NCBI RefSeq assembly: GCF_000007225.1
Contig: NC_003364.1
Location: 420,001-452,000, forward strand
Reading direction: 5' to 3'
Length of the DNA: 32,000 bases
Origin: Pyrobaculum aerophilum str. IM2
Lineage (GTDB): Archaea; Thermoproteota; Thermoprotei; Thermoproteales; Thermoproteaceae
Part shown: positions 7,934-16,656 of the stretch, one piece after another
How the letters are laid out: each line of letters starts with the position of its first letter
Numbering within the stretch: the first letter of the stretch is position 1
Program-made: the position numbers and the translations under genes
Notes under the pieces: model-generated
Seen by the model: the letters and a program-made list of their open reading frames with translations, nothing else
Database searches by the model: none
What the model was told of the DNA's origin: nothing

Positions 7934-8533
7934 TTAAGGCGTATTGAAACAAGCGGGTCTCAAGCCGGTCCACTCGGCTACTCTGTCGGGGTTTTCCACC
8001 ACGTATCTCCCAACTATTTCAAAATCTGCCCCTGCCCTCAGCGCATTTCCTGGCTGACCTCCCTGCGCGCCTATGCCGGGCGATATAATGCGGTATTTAC
8101 AGCCGAGAATTTTCCGCGCTCGGCTTATAAATTCTGGCTGGTTCCCCGGCAACACAAATCCTCTTATCTCCCCCACGTTTTCAATTATTCTTTCCCAAAC
8201 TTCGTCGTATAGCGTGGGGGCTGTCATTTTCGCCAGCACATAGATGTTTTCCCCACGGGGCAGAGATGGGTATAAAAATCCGTGGACTATAGCGCAACAA
8301 GCCCCCTTTTCTATAACTTTATTTATTACTCTATTTGCTATATGAGGGACATCCGCCACTTTTAAGTCCACAATTACATTACCATATCTAGAGATCTCAC
8401 TGACTATAGATATACCGCCTTCAAATATAAGTTCCCAACCTATTTTAAAACCGGCGACTTTTTCTCTGAGCATTTTAACTAAATCCAGGGCTTTCAATAG
8501 GCTTATATCGAGGGCAACTATCACGGGGTTCAC
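7934..8533 (-). CDS. pyrF: Orotidine-5'-phosphate decarboxylase
   Basis: Motifs are VIVALD, FKIG and VDLKVADVP. The ORF-track start at 8572 would leave 2 nt to pyrB and adds [13 protein letters not shown]. The in-frame GTG at 8533 leaves a 41-nt AT-rich promoter gap. Confidence 0.8.
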   Translation of the reverse strand: MNPVIVALDISLLKALDLVKMLREKVAGFKIGWELIFEGGISIVSEISRYGNVIVDLKVADVPHIANRVINKVIEKGACCAIVHGFLYPSLPRGENIYVLAKMTAPTLYDEVWERIIENVGEIRGFVLPGNQPEFISRARKILGCKYRIISPGIGAQGGQPGNALRAGADFEIVGRYVVENPDRVAEWTGLRPACFNTP

Positions 8534-8540
8534 GCCCTCA

Positions 8541-8560
8541 TTTTTTATAAAGATATATAA
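8541..8560. promoter_or_regulatory. Shared divergent TATA region for pyrF and pyrB
   Basis: The sequence is TTTTTTATAAAGATATATAA. On the plus strand, TATATAA lies about 20-25 nt before the pyrB ATG (8575). On the minus strand, TATATATCTTTATAAAAAA lies about 20-26 nt before the pyrF GTG (8533). Confidence 0.5.
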
Positions 8561-8574
8561 ACAGTAACTCACAT

Positions 8575-9492
8575 ATGTGGAAGGGGAGAGACGTCATCTC
8601 GTCGCGCGATTTTACCAGACACGACTTAGAGGAGTTATTCGATGTGGCCAAGCAAATGGAGAGATACGCAAAAAGCCGAGTGGAGTTATTAAAAGGCAAG
8701 ATGATGGGCGTGGCGTTTTTCGAGCCATCTACGCGCACAAGACTTAGTTTTGAAGTAGCCATGAAGAGGTTGGGAGGCGACGTAATAGGCTTCAGCGGCG
8801 CCGAGGGCACTAGCGTAGAGAAGGGAGAGACTCTAGCCGACACTATTAGAATGCTAGATGCTTACTCTGACATAATAGTAATTAGACATAAATATGAGGG
8901 CGCGGCGAAGCTCGCAGCAGAAATAGCAGAAAGCCCGGTGATTAACGGCGGCGACGGCGCTTTTAACCACCCCACTCAAGCTATGCTCGACGTTTATACT
9001 ATTTGGAGAGAATTCGGCTATGTCGATGGTCTAAATATAGGCATTGTAGGCGATTTACGACACGCGAGGACTGTTAACAGCCTATTAGAGACTCTTGTAA
9101 ATTTCGACGTAAGAGTGTTTTTAATTTCGCCGGAATACCTACGCCCAAGGGCAGAAACAATTGACTATATACAGTCAAGAGGGATGAAGTACAGTTTTCA
9201 CAACGGCTTAGAGGAGGTAATTCATGAACTCGACGTGGTATACGTCGTAAGAATTCAAAAAGAGAGGTTTTTAGACCCGCTTGAATATGAAAAAGTAAAA
9301 GGCAGTTACAAAATAACGCTTGATGTGTTAAAAAACGCTAAGACAAACCTAATCATTCTACACCCACTACCAAGAGTCGATGAAATCGATCACAAAGTCG
9401 ACGCAACCCCTTACGCTAAGTATTTTAAACAAGCCGCGCTGGGGGTGCCTCTAAGAATGGCGCTTATATACCTAATCCTGGCTGGGCCATGA
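8575..9492 (+). CDS. pyrB: Aspartate carbamoyltransferase catalytic subunit
   Basis: Signature motifs STRTR, HPTQ and HPLPR are present. Length is 305 aa. Confidence 0.9.
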
Positions 9493-10019
9493 CTCTGGAG
9501 ATTAGGATAGATGGGCCTCAGAGGCTTCTCGGAAAAGATGGAAAGACGGAATTTATAATACGCGAGGCCACGCTTAAGGATCTCAACGACATTATTTCAA
9601 TAAATAGGAAGGTCCTCCCCGAGAACTACCCTAATTGGTTTTTTGTCGAGCACTTAGAGCAATTCCCCAAGGCGTTTATAGTGGCGGAGATTGAGGGAAA
9701 AGTAGTGGGGTATGTAATGTCCCGTGTTGAATATGGATGGAGCAATATACACAGGGGGAAGGCGGTTAGAAAAGGCCACATAGTTTCCGTCGGCGTGCTC
9801 CCAGAGGCTAGGAGACTTGGTATTGCGACAGCTATGATGTTGAGAGCAATGAAGGCAATGAAAGTTTACTACGGCGCGTCGGAAGTCTATCTCGAAGTGC
9901 GCGTGTCCAACACTCCTGCTATTTCTTTATACGAAAAGCTGGGCTATAAAGTGGTTGGTAGAATACCGCGGTACTACAGCGATGGAGAAGACGCCTTTTT
10001 AATGGCTTGTCCACTATAG
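9489..10019 (+). CDS. GNAT N-alpha-acetyltransferase (archaeal Ard1/RimI type)
   Basis: [10 protein letters not shown] is present, along with the acetyl-CoA motif [17 protein letters not shown] and [19 protein letters not shown]. An ATGA overlap links it to the pyrB stop. Confidence 0.75.
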
Positions 10020-10062
10020 GGGGCACAAAGCAAAATATTTAACTTCTTGCTCCTTCACCTAC

Positions 10063-11592
10063 GTGATCGGGACTATTGCTAAGTGGCAGTTGAGAGGTAT
10101 TGAGAAAACAGACTTAGATCCCTTAAGGTTTAGAAACACCGCGAGGCTTTTCACTCTTTTAGGCCTGGGGATTATATCCGCAGGCGCCGCGTTTTTATTA
10201 CTAGGGCTATTCCCCCTCGGCCCGATGTTGCTGGGGGCAGGCGGGTTGGTATTCTTTCTCCCAAAGCTAGTGGTGTCTATACGCGCCGGCTCTATTCGGG
10301 AGTTATTATCTACTGAAATGGTGTTTTTCACGGCCCTAGTCCAAATGGCCTTTGCCACCAAGGCCCATCTCAACCTCCTCATTGAGCGCATGACTCGCTA
10401 TAGAGAGCTCCCCGGGGTGAGGACTCTGGCCATTGCGGCTTGGAACAACGCCAAAATGATTGGCATGGAGCCTCTAGACGCCATGAAACGGGCCGTGGAA
10501 AAGCTAGCGCCGCAAAAGCTAGTATACCGCTTTAACTCTCTCTACACCTCGCTGAGAATAGGAGAAGATATTGTCGCCAAGCTCTCCCTTTATATGGATA
10601 TGGATACCGTCGAGTTTGCTACTGCGATGCAACGGCGTATGGATAGGCTGACGTCATTAATCGCCTCTCTCGTCGTGGGGCTGGCAATGCTCTCAGTGAC
10701 CGCAGTGGTAATCGGCAGGGGAAATCCGGCCATGTTAATAATAATGGGAGGGCTCTTGCCTGCAATACTCGGCGTGGTTATGGCACTATTTATAAACGTG
10801 CCTTTGATGAAAATGGACTTTAGAGTTCTCCCCCTGATCTTTGGAATAGCTTCGTCTATCTCAATGATGATAATCGGCCTTCTCTCCACGGCTATTGCCC
10901 CGTACGCCCCCCTAATAGCCTTTGCAATAGCCCTAGCTGGCTGGATTATTACAAAAGAGAGGCTAGATGCGCGGGCCTTTGAGAGGGGATTTATGGACTT
11001 CGTGTATACAGTTTTCGATGAGCTCAAAAGAGCCCCATCTGTCTTCCGCGCGGTGGAAAACGCAATTACATTCGGCGACTATGGCCCGTTTAACAACAAA
11101 GCCGCGTCTATTTTGCAAGCAATGAGAGTGGGCGACAACAAGCTAGAAGACGTTGTTTTAAAAGACATGCAGCCAGTGATGTCAGTGGTTTTAAGAATGC
11201 TATTTGACATATACCGCCTCGGCACTCTCCCCCGCGCGACTATTGATCAGTTACAGAACTTCGTAATGAAGCTGTTTGAGTACAGAACTGAGATAGGCAA
11301 GACGCTGAACATAACGCATTTTTTGGCCTTGGCAGGTGCGGCCATGGTGGCCTTTGTGAATACCTCGATGATTAAACTGACAGAGGCCATGTCTAAAATC
11401 TCCGGCGGAGCGCAATTAGGCGGCGTGGGTATGGGCATGTTATATTTAGCATTGGGCATAATGGCAGTGGGCTACTACTTCCTCTTCGCGAAGATTAGCT
11501 TCTCTACAAGGGGCGGCCTTTTGTATTTAGCTATGTTATTCCTAGCAATTTTCATCGCCTCGTTTGCAGTAGGGTTATTCCTACGTGTTTAG
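10063..11592 (+). CDS. FlaJ/TadC-like polytopic membrane platform protein (two T2SS-F-type repeats)
   Basis: 509 aa. Two cytoplasmic helical modules (about 75-200 and about 300-430) are each followed by TM bundles. It sits immediately upstream of a FlaI-type ATPase. GTG start with AAAATATTTAAC about 25 nt upstream. Confidence 0.65.
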   Translation: MIGTIAKWQLRGIEKTDLDPLRFRNTARLFTLLGLGIISAGAAFLLLGLFPLGPMLLGAGGLVFFLPKLVVSIRAGSIRELLSTEMVFFTALVQMAFATKAHLNLLIERMTRYRELPGVRTLAIAAWNNAKMIGMEPLDAMKRAVEKLAPQKLVYRFNSLYTSLRIGEDIVAKLSLYMDMDTVEFATAMQRRMDRLTSLIASLVVGLAMLSVTAVVIGRGNPAMLIIMGGLLPAILGVVMALFINVPLMKMDFRVLPLIFGIASSISMMIIGLLSTAIAPYAPLIAFAIALAGWIITKERLDARAFERGFMDFVYTVFDELKRAPSVFRAVENAITFGDYGPFNNKAASILQAMRVGDNKLEDVVLKDMQPVMSVVLRMLFDIYRLGTLPRATIDQLQNFVMKLFEYRTEIGKTLNITHFLALAGAAMVAFVNTSMIKLTEAMSKISGGAQLGGVGMGMLYLALGIMAVGYYFLFAKISFSTRGGLLYLAMLFLAIFIASFAVGLFLRV

Positions 11593-11595
11593 ATT

Positions 11596-13080
11596 ATGTT
11601 GGATTTCAGGCTAGATTCTTGTCAGGGCGTTGTCGTGGAGGAGTATTTATCCGAAGGCGCCAGAATACAAATTTACCAATCAGAGGAGGGGTATTGTTAC
11701 AACGTGGCCTACGCCTTCCCCTATTCGGAGAAAGTAGGCGAGTATGTCTACAAGGTTGTGGAGTATTTAACAGCGAATCAAATAATAAGGCCTAACGTGT
11801 CGAGAGAGGAGCTGGGCAAGCTGATTGAAATGGCAATGACAGACATAGGAGTCCCCAAGCAACTACGTGCCGCGGTTAGGTATTATGTCCAGTTGGAGGC
11901 CGCCGATTACTCGTACCTCACTCCCATATTGTACGACACGCGGCTGGAGAACGTTAACATAAACGGCACTGACAACCCCATTTACGTAGATCACCGGGAT
12001 TACGGGTACAACGTGAAGACTAATGTAATCCCAACTAATAGAGAGACGTTGATAAAAATAGTGGGTAGAGTTTACGCAGAGACCGGGAGGCCTCTCAACG
12101 AACAGTACCCAATACAAGATACCTATATCAGATTGAGAAATGGCGCGTTGCTCCGTTTTGCAACAGCCATGTCCACCCGCGTGGCTAGAAACCCGCCCTA
12201 CGTTTCCGTGCGTATCCAACCGCCGTTTCCAATATCGCCTACGGAGCTAATTAAAAAGCGCACAATATCGCCGCTCGCCATGGCCTACCTATGGTACTTA
12301 TTTGAACACCACAAATCTGTAATGATTATAGGCGGCACTGGCACGGGCAAGACCACGTTGTTAAACGCGTTGCTCGTTCTCTTGCCGCATAAACGGTTGG
12401 CCATAGCCGAGGAGACTCCAGAGATTAGAGTTCCGCCTAGTTACCAAAACGTGGTAATGTTGTTCACGTCGCCAATGTACGATTATATGAAGAGCCTCCC
12501 AGGCTCGGAATCCGCGATATATCTCATAGACTTAGTGAAGTACCTCCTCCGCGCAAGGCCGGACATAATTGTAATAGGCGAGAGCCGCGGCAGGGAAATA
12601 CACGAACTCATACAAGGCGTGCTAACAGGCCACGGAGGCGCCACGACTTTCCACGCAGAGGACATAATGGAGGTCTTCATGCGCCTCACAGGCGAGGCCA
12701 TGGGAGTGTCGCCGGAGCACCTATCGGCGTTCCACGTCTTGGCTACAATCAGGCGGTTTGACTTCGGAAGGCGCGTTACAGCCCTCACCGAGGTGGTGTG
12801 GCTAAGGGCTTATCCATATGCGGCCCCCGGCAAGATAAAAATCAAAGAAGAGGAATTCGGCCTCGTAAACGTAGGCTGGTACGATCAGCGTACGGACACC
12901 GTTGAAGTAGATCTAAGGAGGTCTTACTGGTTACAGAAAATAGGCGGCTACGAGGAGGTAATAGAGAGGGCTAAATTCCTCTCTGGGTTAGTAGAAAAGG
13001 GTATTTACGACGCTGAAAAAGTAGGGGAAGCCGTAAGGGAGTACTACAGAGCAAAACATGCTCTGCTACGGAAGGCTTGA
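11596..13080 (+). CDS. FlaI/VirB11/GspE-family secretion (type IV pilus-like) ATPase
   Basis: Walker A is GGTGTGKTT, Walker B/Asp box is PDIIVIGESRG, and the His box is GHGGATTFHA. Length is 494 aa. Confidence 0.85.
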   Translation: MLDFRLDSCQGVVVEEYLSEGARIQIYQSEEGYCYNVAYAFPYSEKVGEYVYKVVEYLTANQIIRPNVSREELGKLIEMAMTDIGVPKQLRAAVRYYVQLEAADYSYLTPILYDTRLENVNINGTDNPIYVDHRDYGYNVKTNVIPTNRETLIKIVGRVYAETGRPLNEQYPIQDTYIRLRNGALLRFATAMSTRVARNPPYVSVRIQPPFPISPTELIKKRTISPLAMAYLWYLFEHHKSVMIIGGTGTGKTTLLNALLVLLPHKRLAIAEETPEIRVPPSYQNVVMLFTSPMYDYMKSLPGSESAIYLIDLVKYLLRARPDIIVIGESRGREIHELIQGVLTGHGGATTFHAEDIMEVFMRLTGEAMGVSPEHLSAFHVLATIRRFDFGRRVTALTEVVWLRAYPYAAPGKIKIKEEEFGLVNVGWYDQRTDTVEVDLRRSYWLQKIGGYEEVIERAKFLSGLVEKGIYDAEKVGEAVREYYRAKHALLRKA

Positions 13081-13270
13081 CGACATACTCCGCACGATTC
13101 AGCGAGAAATAGAGCTTTTATCTACATTACTTAATCGCGATAAAAAATTAGACAACTATATAAAGAGAAAAATAGATTTATTAAATATCTGTATAAATAA
13201 TATAAAAAGGTTGCCGCCGGGTGAGTACCAAATAGTGGCTATAAATAGTTGTGAAATAATACCGCTATGA
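13058..13270 (+). CDS. Small hypothetical coiled-coil protein (70 aa)
   Basis: It overlaps the ATPase 3' end by 23 nt and the next gene by ATGA (13267-13270), which suggests translational coupling. It is very AT-rich and K/I/N-rich, so it could instead be non-coding spacer. Confidence 0.35.
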   Translation: MLCYGRLDDILRTIQREIELLSTLLNRDKKLDNYIKRKIDLLNICINNIKRLPPGEYQIVAINSCEIIPL

Positions 13271-13779
13271 TAGACGTATTAATAGCGCTAGTCATAGCGT
13301 TTTTCTCCGCGTTAGGAGGGGCATTAATCAAAGACATCAAGGCCCTCGCCGTTTTTACAGTATTAATCGCATTAGCGACGTTTCTCGTCGTCTTCGTTAC
13401 AAATATGCCCACGGCGTCTCTGGGTCTCGTCGGGCTTGCAATAGCGGCTGTGAGGATCGGCAGAGTTGGCAAACGCGCCGTCGAAACTAGAATCAAAACG
13501 TATAGGGCGAGGAGGAGGCTCAGCAGCTTGGAGGAAGCCGTCAGGGCAATTCCTGAAAATATAATCGATGTCGTCCCCGCTGGCTCCACAAGGGCGATAC
13601 ATCCAAAGCTTGTAAACCTAGTTACAATTGTAAACAACGCCTATGCTAAGGGGTATGCGGTAGAAGAGCCGAATTGGCTTAGGGCAATTAGGCAGTACCT
13701 CGCCACGCTAGGCCCCCACTTCTCCGCAGACAAGACTAAGATACTCTCTGAGTATGAGCTTTTGGATTTGGAGCCGTAA
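13267..13779 (+). CDS. Hypothetical membrane protein (3 N-terminal TM helices plus a soluble C-terminal domain)
   Basis: 170 aa. TM segments occupy residues about 1-65, followed by a basic stretch (RIKTYRARRR) and a soluble domain. It is the last gene of the FlaJ-like/ATPase string. Confidence 0.55.
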   Translation: MIDVLIALVIAFFSALGGALIKDIKALAVFTVLIALATFLVVFVTNMPTASLGLVGLAIAAVRIGRVGKRAVETRIKTYRARRRLSSLEEAVRAIPENIIDVVPAGSTRAIHPKLVNLVTIVNNAYAKGYAVEEPNWLRAIRQYLATLGPHFSADKTKILSEYELLDLEP

Positions 13780-13812
13780 TGCCTAATTTATAAAACTAGT
13801 ATTTAAGCCTCC

Positions 13813-15300
13813 GTGTCGTTTGAAATTATTGCCAAGGATTTGGCGGGTAGAGTGGGGAAACTCTATACGAAAAGCGGCGTTATTGAAACTCCCGCCCTAT
13901 TCCCAGTTGTTGATCCCAGAAAGCAGGAGTTGCCTTCAGCTGTTATTGAAAGGTATTTCGGGCAGATAATTACAAACGCGTATTTCGTGTACAGGCTCAC
14001 TGGGGGGAGGGCTGTGGATATAAAAAAAGTTTTAAGCTGGAATGCTGTCCTCATGACTGATTCAGGCGCGTATCAAATTTTGAGATACGGAAGCGTAGAA
14101 GTAGACCCAGATGAGATTTTACAGTTTCAGGCGAGAATTGGAAGCGATATAGGAGTAATACTGGATTTGCCATTTGACTACGAAGAGCCTTATGAAAGCG
14201 CTTTGCTCAAAGTGGAGGAGACAATACGGAGGGCCAAGAGGGCCTCCGCCATGTTGGACAAGTTAGAAGACATGCTTGTTGTAGGCCCTATACAAGGGGG
14301 GTTATATTTAGACCTATTAGCCACATCTGCGCGGGAGATTTCTAAACTGGGATTTCACATATTCGCCGTAGGGAGTCCCACGACTTTACTCGAGGAGTAT
14401 AGATTTGATTTACTGCTTGAAGTAATTTTACACGTTAAGGCAAACATACTGAGAGAGGCGCCGTTACACCTCTTCGGCGCAGGCCATCCATTAGTATTGC
14501 CGTTTGCAGTTGCCCTTGGCGTAGATCTTTTCGACAGCGCGTCTTATATTCTCTATGCCAGAGACGATAGAATTATGCTCAGAGACCGCACCCTGCGCCT
14601 TGAAGATGTGAAGACGGACTATCTGCCGTGTAGCACAAAGCTCTGCCACAAGCCTGTAAAAGAGCTGAGGGAAATGCCGCATGAGGAGCGCATACAGTTA
14701 ATAGCGGAACACAACCTTGCAATTCTAAGAGAGGAACTCCTTGAGATAAAACAGAGAATACATGAGGGAACCCTCTGGGAGTACCTTGAGATAAAAGCGA
14801 GGGCCCATCCCACGTTGTACAGATTCTTGCGGAGCCTGGGCAGATATAAACGGCTTATAGAGGAATACGACCCAGAAACGCACCCAGAGACCCACGGCCT
14901 CTTTTTCTACCAAGACACCGCAGAATCTAGGCCGGAACCCCATAGACATTGGTCTAGAACGGCTAATCTATACACTCCTTCTAAAGTCGCCATTGTGATA
15001 AGAGCCGGGGAAAAGCCGTATAACAAATCGTGGGAATATCGCTATTTGAAGAGCTTAGTAGGCGACAGAGCACATGTGCTTTTCTATGACCCCGTGTTTG
15101 GCCTAGTCCCCGAGGAAGTTGCCGAAATTTATCCCTTGTCGCAAAACGAGGCTGAAGGAGAGAGCGAGGCGGCCAGAGCCTTTGCGTATGAGTGGCTCAA
15201 CAATTACGACGTAATTTTACTCTATCGTGTTGACTTGCCGATGTTGTCCAAAAAGGTAATACCTTTACGCTCTCTTGACGACGTCTTACATTACATATAA
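13813..15300 (+). CDS. tgtA: Archaeosine tRNA-guanine transglycosylase, catalytic plus C1 domains only (no C2/PUA)
   Basis: The N-terminus is FEIIAKDLAGRVGKLYTKSGVIETPALFPVVDP, and MTDSGAYQ and LFGAGHP are present. At 495 aa it is shorter than the canonical PUA-containing ArcTGT (about 580-650 aa by my recollection). Confidence 0.8.
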   Translation: MSFEIIAKDLAGRVGKLYTKSGVIETPALFPVVDPRKQELPSAVIERYFGQIITNAYFVYRLTGGRAVDIKKVLSWNAVLMTDSGAYQILRYGSVEVDPDEILQFQARIGSDIGVILDLPFDYEEPYESALLKVEETIRRAKRASAMLDKLEDMLVVGPIQGGLYLDLLATSAREISKLGFHIFAVGSPTTLLEEYRFDLLLEVILHVKANILREAPLHLFGAGHPLVLPFAVALGVDLFDSASYILYARDDRIMLRDRTLRLEDVKTDYLPCSTKLCHKPVKELREMPHEERIQLIAEHNLAILREELLEIKQRIHEGTLWEYLEIKARAHPTLYRFLRSLGRYKRLIEEYDPETHPETHGLFFYQDTAESRPEPHRHWSRTANLYTPSKVAIVIRAGEKPYNKSWEYRYLKSLVGDRAHVLFYDPVFGLVPEEVAEIYPLSQNEAEGESEAARAFAYEWLNNYDVILLYRVDLPMLSKKVIPLRSLDDVLHYI

Positions 15301-15360
15301 CGTCCCAGCACAGCCGTGTAGGCGGGACTTAGGCAAATGCAGTTCAGCGGCTATCCACAG

Positions 15361-16077
15361 CTATATGTACAGTTTAGAGGACTCCTCGCGCTTGCTCTGC
15401 TCCTCAAGCCGCCTCCGCACCTCTTCGATTTCCCTCTCCAGCTCCTCGGCCATTTGCCTAAGCCCGCTGGTGTCCACAGGGAAGTTAAAAAGTCTTGAGA
15501 AGAAGTCGACAGCCACGCTTGCCGCATAGGGATCCGCTGGCCTTGTTACATCGGCGTAGGGGAGTATTACCAACGCGGGGAAGTGTAGCTCTTCAAAAAA
15601 CGACGTCAAATACGCCAGCGGTCCCACTATTTGAAGGCCTTGCTCCAACACCTTTGCCTCCCCCGTGGGCAGGCCCATTTTTTTATACGCGGACGTGTAC
15701 ACTATACGCAGTAGATCGTCGCCTCTCCGCAACCTCCCATCTAAGCCGCCGAATAACACCGCTGTTTTAAATTCATTGGCGACGACCCAAGAGGCGAGGG
15801 CACGCGTGTAGTCGTACATCGCCGCCTCGTGAATTCCGTAGTTGTTCACTACGCCGACAACTCTGCCGCATGAGAATATCTCGTTTTGTAACAACAGCCT
15901 CTCCCCCTCTATAGATACTATAGGCGGTTCTCCCTTGTAGCGAACTACGCCTACTACGTCGCAATTCCGCGCAATATACTTAGTGGCTAGGTGCCCAACA
16001 ATTCCAATCCCAGCAAACCCTGTGATAAATATTTCATAATTCTCTACTGGTTTAAATATTTTGAAATCTATTTTCAT
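15361..16077 (-). CDS. PAC2-family proteasome assembly chaperone (PbaA/PbaB-like)
   Basis: The N-terminus is ITGFAGIGIVGHLATKYI. A coiled-coil tail follows, and the C-terminus ...SKLYI fits the hydrophobic-Tyr-X (HbYX) pattern. An ATGA overlap links it to the TFE stop. Confidence 0.7.
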   Translation of the reverse strand: MKIDFKIFKPVENYEIFITGFAGIGIVGHLATKYIARNCDVVGVVRYKGEPPIVSIEGERLLLQNEIFSCGRVVGVVNNYGIHEAAMYDYTRALASWVVANEFKTAVLFGGLDGRLRRGDDLLRIVYTSAYKKMGLPTGEAKVLEQGLQIVGPLAYLTSFFEELHFPALVILPYADVTRPADPYAASVAVDFFSRLFNFPVDTSGLRQMAEELEREIEEVRRRLEEQSKREESSKLYI

Positions 16078-16586
16078 AGCTTTTCAAGTTTTTGCAATAC
16101 TTTTGTAAGTTTATTAATTTCCTCCAAACTCTCTACGTATTCCAACTCAGCGCCACATACAGGACACACGCCGCCTTTGTTCACAGCCTCGTCAAGGGAG
16201 TACCGCATATGACAGTTTGGACATATGTAGTAAGATCCCTCTGTAAGCGCCCTTATAAGCATAGATATTTTCTCCCTAGCAGTTCTAGCCCTGCCGCCTA
16301 TCGCCTGTTTTATAATTTCGTCGTCAACATACCACGTATACTCTATGCGGTAATCCTCTGTCGTCCTCTTCTTTACGCCTACTAAATTAAGCCTCATGAG
16401 GTATTGTAAAATCCTACGCGTCTCAGCCGTGGATATATTTAGTAGAATCGCAATTCTGTCGTCTGTGAGATCCTCCTTTCGCTCATATAACATCTCAGCT
16501 ACTTTCCGCGCCAGCCGCCCATACTCAGGGCTGTCAAATTCCCAGGCAACGCTTTTCTCAACAATATACAGATACACGTCCTTCAC
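16074..16586 (-). CDS. tfe: Transcription factor E (TFE alpha)
   Basis: An N-terminal winged helix is followed by a zinc ribbon (CPNCHMRYSLDEAVNKGGVCPVCGAELE). GTG start with CTTAAATAG about 25 nt upstream. Confidence 0.8.
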   Translation of the reverse strand: MKDVYLYIVEKSVAWEFDSPEYGRLARKVAEMLYERKEDLTDDRIAILLNISTAETRRILQYLMRLNLVGVKKRTTEDYRIEYTWYVDDEIIKQAIGGRARTAREKISMLIRALTEGSYYICPNCHMRYSLDEAVNKGGVCPVCGAELEYVESLEEINKLTKVLQKLEKL

Positions 16587-16656
16587 CGACTAAGCCGCAG
16601 AGCCACTATTTAAGCGTTGCTCAGCCTCAAAAAGCGTCAACGCCTAATTTTAAGGC

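Noticed and set aside
7907-8843. ORFs 7907..8212 (+) and 8538..8843 (-)
   Set aside because: They are antisense to pyrF and pyrB respectively, both of which carry unambiguous catalytic motifs.
10059-11459. Minus-strand ORFs inside the FlaJ-like gene (10059..10391, 10590..11027, 11247..11459)
   Set aside because: They are antisense shadows of a long, coherent membrane-protein frame.
13239-13637. 132-aa minus-strand hydrophobic ORF
   Set aside because: It is antisense to the 170-aa membrane protein. That protein is translationally coupled (ATGA) to the upstream gene and runs co-directionally with the operon. Antisense frames of TM regions often look hydrophobic too.
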